Of a stretch of DNA of 64,000 nucleotides, positions 11,901 to 23,900 are shown piece by piece. The notes beneath the pieces are model-generated. The model was given only the letters and a program-made list of their open reading frames with translations, was not told where the DNA came from and made no database searches. How positions within the stretch are numbered: the first letter of the stretch is position 1; every line of letters begins with the position of its first letter. Made by a program: the position numbers and the translations under genes. The stretch is from Macrostomum hystrix (Eukaryota > Animalia > Platyhelminthes), in NCBI GenBank assembly GCA_950097015.1, contig CATNEN010000038.1, forward strand, positions 34,410,001-34,474,000. Reading direction: 5' to 3'.

Positions 11901-14900
11901 AATAATTCCTGGATCCCATATAAAAACCCAATATCCCATTATCCCACTGATCCCATCTGGAAACCTTAGCGAATCCTTTCGAGGCAGCGCAGTCCAGGGC
12001 GGTCCAGCCGCGGCTGTTCCTGGCGTTGACGTCGGCTTTGCCCTCTTCGATGAGCAGCTGGCAGATACGCGCCTGACCAGAGAGAGCCGCCAGGTGCATC
12101 GGCGTGTTGGAATCTTCGTTCTCGTCGTAGGCTAAGGACTGGCGAATGCGCAATAGTCGGCGAACTACCTGAAGGTGGCCAGCCTGAGCTGCCAGGTGCA
12201 TCGGCGTCTCTTCGTCCTCGTTTTTGGCCTCGGCGTTGGCACCGTTCTCAAGCAGCAGCTCCACAGTGTCCAAGCGGCCTGATAAAAATAATAATTGCAG
12301 GAGGGCTGTGGGCAATGGCACATCATTTAGTGACACTAGGATCAATGGGTCACAGGTGAGGAACTGGGATCAGTGGGTCACAGGTGAGGAACTGGGATCA
12401 GTGGGTCACAGGTGAGGAATTGGGATCAATGGGTCACAGGTGAGGAACTGGGATCAGTGGGTCACAGGTGAGGAACTGGGATCAGTGGGTCACAGGTGAG
12501 GAACTGGGATCAGTTAGACACAGGTGAGGAACTGGGATCAGTGGGTCACAGGTGAGGAACTGGGATCAGTGGGACGCAGGTGAGGAACTGGGATCAGTGG
12601 GTCACAGGTGAGGAACTGGGATCAGTGGGTCACAGGTGAGGAACTGGGATCAGTGAGACGCAGGTGAGGAACTGAGATCAGTAGGTCACAGGTGAGGAAC
12701 TGGGATCAATGGGTCACAGGTGAGGAACTGGGATCAGTGGGTCACAGGTGAGGAACTGGGATCAGTAAGACACAGGTGAGGAACTGGGATCAGTGGGTCA
12801 CAGGTGAGGAACTGGGATCAGTGGGACGCAGGTGAGGAACTGGGATCAGTAAGACACAGGTGAGGAACTGGGATCAATGGGTCACAGGTGAGGAACTGGG
12901 ATCAGTGGGTCACAGGTGAGGAACTGGGATCAGTGGGTCACAGGTGAGGAATTGGGATCAATGGGTCACAGGTGAGGAACTGGGATCAGTGGGTCACAGG
13001 TGAGGAACTGGGATCAGTGGGTCACAGGTGAGGAACTGGGATCAGTTAGACACAGGTGAGGAACTGGGATCAGTGGGTCACAGGTGAGGAACTGGGATCA
13101 GTAAGACACAGGTGAGGAACTGGGATCAATGGGTCACAGGTGAGGAACTGGGATCAGTGGGTCACAGGTGAGGAACTGGGATCAGTGGGTCACAGGTGAG
13201 GAATTGGGATCAATGGGTCACAGGTGAGGAACTGGGATCAGTGGGTCACAGGTGAGGAACTGGGATCAGTGGGTCACAGGTGAGGAACTGGGATCAGTTA
13301 GACACAGGTGAGGAACTGGGATCAGTGGGTCACAGGTGAGGAACTGGGATCAGTGGGACGCAGGTGAGGAACTGGGATCAGTGGGTCACAGGTGAGGAAC
13401 TGGGATCAGTGGGTCACAGGTGAGGAACTGGGATCAGTGAGACGCAGGTGAGGAACTGAGATCAGTAGGTCACAGGTGAGGAACTGGGATCAATGGGTCA
13501 CAGGTGAGGAACTGGGATCAGTGGGTCACAGGTGAGGAACTGGGATCAGTAAGACACAGGTGAGGAACTGGGATCAGTGGGTCACAGGTGAGGAACTGGG
13601 ATCAGTGAGACGCAGGTGAGGAACTGAGATCAGTAGGTCACAGGTGAGGAACTGGGATCAATGGGTCACAGGTGAGGAACTGGGATCAGTGGGTCACAGG
13701 TGAGGAACTGGGATCAGTAAGACACAGGTGAGGAACTGGGATCAGTGGGTCACAGGTGAGGAACTGGGATCAGTGGGACGCAGGTGAGGAACTGGGATCA
13801 GTGGGTCACAGGTGAGGAACTGGGATCAGTGGGTCACAGGTGAGGAACTGGGATCAGTGGGACGCAGGTGAAGAACTGAGATCAGTGGGTCACAGGTGAG
13901 GAACTGGGATCAGTGAGTCACAGGTGAGGAACTGGGATCAGTAAGACACAGGTGAGGAACTGGGATCAGTGGGTCACAGGTGAGGAACTGGGATCAGTGG
14001 GTCACAGGTGAGGAACTGGGATCAGTGGGACGCAGGTGAGGAACTGGGATCAGTGGGTCACAGGTGAGGAATTGGGATCAGTGGGTCACAGGTGAGGAAC
14101 TGGGATCAGTGGGTCACAGGTGAGGAACTGGGATCAGTGGGACACAGGTGAGGAACTGGGATCAGTGGGACACAGGTGAGGAACTGGGATCAGTGGGACA
14201 CAGGTGAGGAACTTGGATCAGTGGGACACAGGTGAGGAACTGGGATCAGCGGGTCACCCGCACCAGTTTTGCAGGCCACATGCAACGGAGTGTTATTAGC
14301 CGAGTCGCCTTCTTCTATAATGCGCGCCTCGCGCACTGCCGGATGTTCCAGCAGAGCCTGCAGCACCTGGCGATTGTACCTGGGCAAATTCGGAAGCATT
14401 GGATTATATAGCTAGCTGTTTATACGAGTACACTTAAAACTTAAATAAAACAAGGAAAACAAACGCAATTCTCGCCTACTATTAGTAGGGCAATTTGAAA
14501 ATTCAATTTGTTTTTTAATGATCTATAAACCTTGCAATTGAAAGACCTATTTAATATTCAGGCTACCTCAACTAAAGCATCACCTGAAGATTCTCAATCT
14601 GAGCAATCTGAAGCATCACCTGAAGATTCTCAATCTGAGCAATCTGACACATGAAGATTCTCAATCTGAGCAATCTGACACCTAATGATTCTCATTCTGA
14701 GCAATTACCACATGGTGGCCAGGTACACAGCTGTCCGGCCCAGCCCGTCGGCGCACAGCGGGCTGGCTCCCTTGGTCAGCAGCAGCTTGGCACATTCGGG
14801 ATCGTCCCTCTCAGTGCTGGCCAGCATCAGAGGGCTGTTGCCGTCTCGATCACGACGATCGATGCTCGACCGACGGGCCAGCTCCGGACGATCGAGCAGG

Positions 14901-17900
14901 TAGGCCAGCAGGTTGGGCTGGGCGAAGAAGGCGGCCTTGTGAAGCACAGTTTGCCTGCGGCAATGCGAATCGGGATTCGGGATTCGGATTGGGATTATTT
15001 AGGACTCTTGAAAGGAAAATTATAAATGTACGAGTATATGCCCTTAACTGCAGGGATAATGCGATTTTCGTGTCAAATATGGGACAATGGGATTTGTGTC
15101 AGATTTGGGAGAATGGGATTTGTGTCAAATATGGGATAATGGGATTTGTGTCCGATTTGGGATAATGGGATTTGTGCAAAATATGGGATAATGGGGTTTG
15201 TGTCAAGTATGGGATAATGGGAATTGTGTCAGATTTGGGAGAATGGGATTTGTGTCAAATATTGGATAATGGGATTTGTGTCAAATATGGGATAATGGGA
15301 TTTGTGTCAGATATGGGATAATGGGATTTGTGTGTCAGTAATGGCATTTGTGTGTCAGATATGGGATATGTGTGTCAGATATGGAGTTTGTGTGTCAGAT
15401 TTGGAATAATGGATTTGTGTGTCAGATATGGGATATGTGTGTCAGATATGGGATATGTGTGTCAGATATGGGATATGTGTGTCAGATATGGGATATGTGT
15501 GTCAGATATGGGATATGTGTGTCAGATATGGGATATGTGTGTCAGATATGGGATATGTGTGTCAGATATGGGATTTGTGTGTCAGTAATGGCATTTGTGT
15601 GTCAGATATGGGATATGTGTGTCAGATATGGAGTTTGTGTCAGATTTGGAATAATGGATTTGTGTCAGATATGGGATATGTGTGTCAGATATGGGATATG
15701 TGTGTCAGATATGGGATATGTGTGTCAGATATGGGGTTTGTGTGTCAGATATGGGGTTTGTGTGTCAGATATGGGGTTTGTGTGTCAGATATGGGGTTTG
15801 TGTTTCAGATATGGGGTTTGTGTGTCAGATATGGGATATGTGTGTCAGATATGGGGTTTGTGTGTCAGATATGGGGTTTGTGTTTCAGATATGGGGTTTG
15901 TGTGTCAGATATAGGATAATGGGACTTGTGTGTCAGATATGGGATATGTGTGTCAGATATGGGATTTGTGTGTCAGATATGGGGTTTGTGTGTCAGATAT
16001 GGGGTTTGTGTGTCAGATATGGGGTTTGTGTGTCAGATATGGGGTTTGTGTGTCAGATATGGGGTTTGTGTGTCAGATATGGGGTTTGTGTTTCAGATAT
16101 GGGGTTTGTGTGTCAGATATGGGATATGTGTGTCAGATATGGGGTTTGTGTGTCAGATATGGGGTTTGTGTTTCAGATATGGGGTTTGTGTGTCAGATAT
16201 AGGATAATGGGACTTGTGTGTCAGATATGGGATATGTGTGTCAGATATGGGATTTGTGTGTCAGATATGGGGTTTGTGTGTCAGATATGGGGTTTGTGTG
16301 TCAGATATGGGGTTTGTGTGTCAGATATGGGGTTTGTGTGTCAGATATGGGGTTTGTGTTTCAGATATGGGGTTTGTGTGTCAGATATGGGATATGTGTG
16401 TCAGATATGGGGTTTGTGTGTCAGATATGGGGTTTGTGTGTCAGATATGGGATATGTGTGTCAGATATGGGGTTTGTGTGTCAGATATGGGGTTTGTGTG
16501 TCAGATATGGGGTTTGTGTGTCAGATATGGGGTTTGTGTGTCAGATATGGGGTTTGTGTGTCAGATATGGGGTTTGTGTGTCAGATATGGGGTTTGTGTG
16601 TCAGATATGGGATATGTGTGTCAGATATGGGGTTTGTGTGTCAGATATGGGGTTTGTGTGTCAGATATGGGGTTTGTGTGTCAGATATGGGATATGTGTG
16701 TCGGATATGGGATTTGTGTGTCGGATATGGGATTTGTGTGCCAGATATGGGATTTGTGTGTCGGATATGGGATTTGTGTGTCAGATATGGGATAATGGGA
16801 CTTGTGTGTCAGATATGGGACCTGTGTGTCAATGATCCCACTGAACAAGCATGGGATCGCTGCAGACCTGGCGGCGTCAATCACATCTAGTTTGGCTCCG
16901 TGTTCAATGAGTAGGTCAACCAGGCGAATGTTACCAGTGCGGGCTGCTAGATGTAACGGTGTCTGCTCGCTGATGTTGCAGGCGTTCACGAAAGCGCCTG
17001 CGGTGTTGAAAAGTGGGAAGTTAAACTAAAATCGGTTGTATTTCTTTTGGTTGCAGTTTTTTAGTGCACAGGCAAATATAAATAAGTATTTAACTGTCTG
17101 AAGCATTTGAATAGGATAGATTTTAATCACTTAGCAGAGATCAAATTGAAAGAATCGTTAATAATGAGATAACTCAATTAAATACTCGAGTTATTATACT
17201 GGTATTAGATGTTTTCTGACACAAAAGTTAGTCACAATGTGATCGCGTTGTTAATGAAATACAAGTACATACTGCTTATGTTGTCTTAAAAAACTGGGGC
17301 TGTAGCCTAGTGATCAGAGTGTCGGACTCACGACTTGAAGGTCGTAGGTTCAATTCTCAACTCCAATGTAGAGCTGCGGCTGTGCTCTTGACAGCAAATC
17401 TGACCCAATTGGGGTAGGTGTAATGAATTACAAACTAAAGTTTCTTGATTAAGAATTTCAGATTTCCACTGAAGTTAACTCATTCAAGACCTGCTATATC
17501 TGTTTGATAGGCAGCTATAACGAACCAGAAATGTAGCTATTTTTAGCAACTAGCCTGTATCAATACCAAATGACGTCAGTATCTATTTTTAGAACAAAAA
17601 TCTATTTATAGCCTCAATTTACAAAGTTAAATATAATTTTCATAGAATCTCGTAATGTTTTTCAAAACTAAACCTCTCGCTCGTATACTTCTGATTTAGT
17701 CAATAAATAATAGGCAGTTAAAAAGAAAGTTAATTCAAAAGTTATTTGTTAAATACGGCTTACATTTCGGCATCAAGCACAGCATGTCAAACTCAAATGC
17801 CATTTAATTTAACTGAGTTAATCGATCGACTCAATACTTGGTCAGTCCCTCAAATTGAGGGTTCATCAATCAGCTAAAATTCAGTTGCCAGAACTGCTTG

Positions 17901-20900
17901 GCTCTGAAATGAAGTTACAACCAAGCCACGTACTTTGTTGGTGTCAAGAAGTGCTTGAATAATTAAAAAAAGTGCATCAAATTTGCACCCCCTTCGCCGA
18001 CTAAATCCAAATCAAGCAAAATAAAAGTACGATTAATTCTACAATTTTTTACTTATGATCATCTTGTAGAGCGAAAGTGACGATTTTTAAAGTACAGAGT
18101 GATAAAATCAAAAGAAATAGGGTTGATGCTAGCTTCGCGTTTCGGAAAACAAATGTTTAGTTAGCAATCATTTTTTGTGAAGACTCCTGCTACGATTCTA
18201 TCTGCGATCCCTGCTGCGATTCCAGCCGTGATTCTTGCTACGATTCTGCCCTAGACTTCTACTACGATTCTGATTGTGACTCTTGCTACGATTCTGATTA
18301 TGACTCTTGCTACGATTCTGATTATGACTCTTGCTACGATTCTGATTGTGACTCTTGCTACGATTCTGATTGTGACTCTTGCTACGATTCTGATTGTGAC
18401 TCTTGCTAAGATTTTGATTATGACTCTTGCTACGATTCTGATTGTGACTCTTGCTACGATTCTGATTATGACTCTTGCTAAGATTTTGATTATGACTCTT
18501 GCTACGATTCTGATTATGACTCTTGCTACGATTCTGATTGTGACTCTTGCTACGATTCTGATTATGACTCTTGCTACGATTCTGATTATGACTCTTGCTA
18601 CGATTCTGATTGTGACTCTTGCTACGATTCTGATTATGACTCTTGCTAAGATTTTGATTATGACTCTTGCTACGATTCTGATTATGACTCTTGCTACGAT
18701 TCTGATTGTGACTCTTGCTACGATTCTGATTATGACTCTTGCTACGATTCTGATTATGACTCTTGCTACGATTCTGATTGTGACTCTTGCTACGATTCTG
18801 ATTATGACTCTTGCTACAATTCTGATTGTGACTCTTGCCACGATTCTGATTGTGACTCTTGCTACGATTCTGATTATGACTCTTGCTACGATTCTGATTA
18901 TGACTCTTGCTACGATTCTGATTATGACTCTTGCTACGATTCTGATTGTGACTCTTGCTACGATTCTGATTGTGACTCTTGCTACGATTCTGATTGTGAC
19001 TCTTGCTACGATTCTGATTGTGACTCTTGCTACGATTCCGATTGTGACTCTTGCTACGATTCCGATTGTGACTCTTGCTACGATTCCGATTGTGACTCTT
19101 GCTACGATTCCGATTGTGACTCTTGCTACGATTCCGATTGTGACTCTTGCTACGATTCTGATTGTGACTCTTGCTACGATTCTGATTTTGACTCTTGCTA
19201 CGATGCAGTGTGCTATAAACAAGCACATGAAGAGGCCACAGAAATGTTGATAGATTGATATATCGATAAAGTTTACCTGGCATCTCGAATTTTAAAATAA
19301 GTGACCAATTAGCAGTCAGCAAAAAGTGATGACTTACCAATGCCCAGCCCGTAGGAGGTAACTATGCAAGCGTGAGTTAAAAAAAATTATTTAATCTGTA
19401 GTAGCTCGTAGTAACTAAACTATACAGTAAGTAAATTATATACAATAATTAACGATGACAAATTAGCATGACAATTTTGACTATATATTTTTTTGGAAAA
19501 TTTGATAAACTCCCATTCTATTTATTTTATATTTTTAATAAATGTAAAAGTGTAACGTTTTGGATACGTTTGGAATAATTTAATTGGGTACAAATAATAA
19601 GTAGAAGCTGCATGAAAAGAAAAGGCTGCATCATGCGACGAGGCTGCGAAGGGTACAAAACGGAGGGAGGGCGCGCGTGGTTGGCTGCGAGGGATCGAAA
19701 ACGGAGGGAGGTGGGTGACTTTCAGGGCGCGTGTGGTTGGCTGCGAAGGATAGAAAACGGAGGGAGGTGGGTGACTTTCAGCGCGCGTGTGGTTGCTGCG
19801 AGGGATCGAAAACGGAGGGAGGTGGGTGACTTTCAGGGCGCGCGTGGTTGGCTGCGAGGGATCGAAAACGGAGGGAGGTGGGTGACTTCCAGGGCGCGCG
19901 TGGTTTGCTGCGAGGGGTATAAAATGGAGGGAGTTGGGTGACTGGCAGGGTGCGAGTAGTTGGTCGTATTTTTGAGCCTTTAACTTAATTGTTATCATAT
20001 TCATTAGTTAGCAAAAACTTATGTGATGCATTATTTCCGTGTACAAGTGTATAAACGTGTACAAGAGCAAATAGTTGAATATACAAATATACATGGTACA
20101 TTCAGAATTATCCCATATTAAATTATATACTAAAAACAAAAAGCAACTAAGAATACCAAGTAATACCATTGTAAAAAACGCTATATTTAAAATTAGATGC
20201 TTTTTATCACCTACAAAAGTAGAGATATATATTATCACATGCACATGCCCAAAAGCGTGGAACGCAAACAATAAAACACGAAACGTTTTGGGCAGATATT
20301 AACAGACAAAGCGACTCGACACAAATTTGACTACAGAAACACAACAGACAGACACGAAAACAGACAGACAGTTAGCAAAACAGGCGGCAGACATCAAATA
20401 ACAAAGCCGCAAATGTGACCAATTCAGCCAGTTGAAAAATGATCAATGATTTCTTAATTGCTAGCAATTAATTTAGACTCACCTTTTTGCAGCAGCATCT
20501 CGACAATGTCAACAGCTCCGTGCTCCACTGCGCAGTGCAGACAGGTGACATGCTCGACGTCCTTCTTGTTGATCAGTCGTTTTAGGAAGCCTTATGAAAG
20601 TATTAGGTTATTTTTAAATAGCTTAATGCTACTGAGCACCTGAACAAAAAGACTTCAATTACAGAACGATTAGAAAAATAATTAAATACTTTTTTCATTT
20701 CAGCCACGGCCTTCGAAATGTCACTACTGAGATGGGTGTGACGGCCTTCAAAATGTCACTACTGAGATGGGTGTGACGGCCTTCAAAGTGTCACTACTGA
20801 GATGGGTGTGACGGCCTTCAAAATGTCACTACTGAGATGGGTGTGACGGCCTTCAAAGTGTCACTACTGAGATGGGTGTGACGGCCTTCAAAGTGTCACT

Positions 20901-23900
20901 ACTGAGATGGGTGTGACAGCCTTCAAAGTGTCACTACTGAGATGGGTGTGACGGCCTTCAAAGTGTCACTACTGAGATGGGTGTGACGGCCTTCAAAATG
21001 TCATTACTGAGATGGGTGTGACGGCCTTCGAAATGTCACTACTGAGATGGGTGTGACGGCCTTCGAAATGTCACTACTGAGATGGGTGTGACAGCCTTCA
21101 AAGTGTCACTACTGAGATGGGTGTGACGGCCTTCAAAGTGTCACTACTGAGATGGGTGTGACAGCCTTCAAAGTGTCACTACTGAGATGGGTGTGACGGC
21201 CTTCAAAGTGTCACTACTGAGATGGGTGTGACGGCCTTCAAAGTGTCACTACTGAGATGGGTGTGACGGCCTTCAAAGTGTCACTACTGAGATGGGTGTG
21301 ACAGCCTTCAAAAGTTTCGCACCTTCTCCGGCAGCCTCGGCGGCTGTCAGCAGTTGCCTGCAGATCTCGGTGTCGCCCTCGGAGCAGGCCAGGTGCAGGG
21401 CGGTCTGGCCGCGAGTCTCACCGAGGTCCAGGTAGTCCCGCTCACCCTGATCCGACTCAGCGATGGTGGATGCCAACAGTAATAGGCGAACAGAGCCGGC
21501 CTCGCGATGCGCGCAGGCCAGGTGAAGTGGAGTCATATCTTCGTTGTCCGTGATCTGCAGGTTGCAAACAGTAGGAGGGAAAGCAATGGTTAATAATAGT
21601 AAAAAAATAACAACAGTACCAATCTCACATTATTTGGTGACACTAGACCCATAATAGACTAGTCACATTATTTGTAACTTTTGGTGACAAGTTACAAATG
21701 GGCAGACGCAGGGGTGGCGGAAGGAGGGGCGGAAGGAGTGGCGGAAGGAGTGGCGAAAGGAGGGGCGGAAGGAGGGGCGGAAGGAGTGGCGGAAGGAGGG
21801 GCGGAAGGAGGGGCGGAAAGGAGGGGCGGAAAGGAGGGGCGGAAGGAGGGGCGGAAGGAGTGGCGGAAGAAGTGGCGGAAGGGGGGCGGAAGGGGGGCGG
21901 AAGGAGGGCGGAATGGGGGCGAAAGGAAGGAGGGGCGGAAAGGCAGTCGGGTGGCTGAGCACAAAAGAGGAAACCAATGGTCTCACCCGCCAGATGGGCT
22001 GTGAGAAGGCAAAGGCTGAGCCGCCACGCCGCACAGGATTGTCCCGGCGCAGTTTGAGCTCATAGTTGAGCAGCAGTCTGGCCGCCACCAAGTTGCCATT
22101 CATAGCTGCATAGTGCAACGGAGTGCATCCGTAGAAGTCGCGCCTGGTGAAATCCGCCCCGGCCTTCAGCAGGCAGCTGACGGCATCGTTATCATCCTGC
22201 GGTTAGTGAACAAGGATTTTAGGTATGAAATAATAATTTTGTTAGGTTATTTAAACGCATGAAATGCTTTTTACTCACATTCGGGTGGAGCTCCAACGCG
22301 TCAGCTGCCTTTTCTGGCGATAAACTCTCGCTCTAAAAATAAAACAAAAATTTATCAACCCTCATAAAGAATACTTGGGCAAAGGCAGAGAGACAATCTG
22401 TCAGATAAACCATTGTAATCAACTTTCGACAACGTACAATATATTGAAACTGACTTAATTTAGTAAAACAAAACGTCCGGCTTGAACTTAATTTTTCTAA
22501 GAAGTAATTACGACTAATTTAATATTTTAACTAAACTAGACAAAATAAAATAGTTTTCTTTCTGCTCCAAAGGTTCGAAGTGACAGTGCATCATTACAGA
22601 AGGTTAAGAATCAACATACGAGTAGTTTTTAAGCCAATCTTTTGGTTAAACCAGTACGTATTTTCAGTTCTGATTACACAATAACAAATAATATAGCAGC
22701 GGGTTTTGCACAAAATAAGGTTCACAGTTAGTTAGGTCGGAAAATTTTCAAGGAAACATCAACTAGAGAGCATGAATTAATATATAATTGTAAGGCTCAG
22801 TGAAGTCTTTGTACACACAAATGAAGGCGAGGGTGAAAATAGAATTAATTGATCATATTTCTTAATGAAATACTCATCGATGAGCTGTCTACCGAAGCCA
22901 GTGTTGCGATCGAGCTCTGACTGCCAACACTTTGAGTTGACTGCTTTGAGCGCTGAAAATTGTCATTGAACTCAATTAGCCGAAGCAATCAAGTATAGCT
23001 GTTACCCATACCAACCAAAGATAAAGGAAATGTGAAATTCAATAAAAAATGGAAACTTGAGTCGAATTTAAATAGATTTATGATGAAATTCGGGAAAGAA
23101 TAAACAGTTGTGATACTGAGAGATATCTCAGCAGCACACGAGGTTAGTGTAAATGACATGAGATGAGATTAAGCTAATACCATATCCATAACGATATTAG
23201 ATAATTAGATGAGATGAGATGAGATGAAATGAGATGAGATAAGATGAGATGAGATAAGATGGGATGAGATGAGATTAGATGAGATGAGATTATATGATAT
23301 GAGATGAGATGAGATGAAATGAGATGAGATTAGCTGAGATGAAATGAAATAAAATGAGATGAGATGAGATAAGATGCGATGAGATGAGAGTAGATGAGAT
23401 GAGATTAGATGAGATGAGATGAGATAAGATGAGATGAGATGAGATGAAATGAAATAAAATGAGATGAGATGAGATAAGATGCGATGAGATGAGAGTAGAT
23501 GAGATGAGATTAGATGAGATGAGATGAGATAAGATGAGATGAGATGAGATGAAATGAAATAAAATGAGATGAGATGAGATAAGATGAGATGAGATTAGAT
23601 GAGATGAGATGAGATGAGATAAGATGAGATGAGATGAGATGAGATTTGATAATACTTTACGAAATGACTGATATGAGATAAGAGGAGAACAGATGAATTG
23701 AGATGAAATTTAGATGTGAGCGCTGTGACTCGAGTTAACTAAGGTGATGCAAAATGAGAAGCCAGTTACGGTGAGCCGAGATGAGATAAGATAAGGCGAG
23801 AAAATAATCATCCGATTGCCTCTCGGCAGCGCTGTGAAAAAAAGTAATAAATTATATACATTATTTACACAGCTAATCGGGTTTAGCATTCATACTGTTT

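Noticed and set aside
1820-14257. 28-35-bp repeats as CRISPR arrays
   Set aside because: Head-to-tail units with no unique spacers, no cas genes, eukaryotic context.
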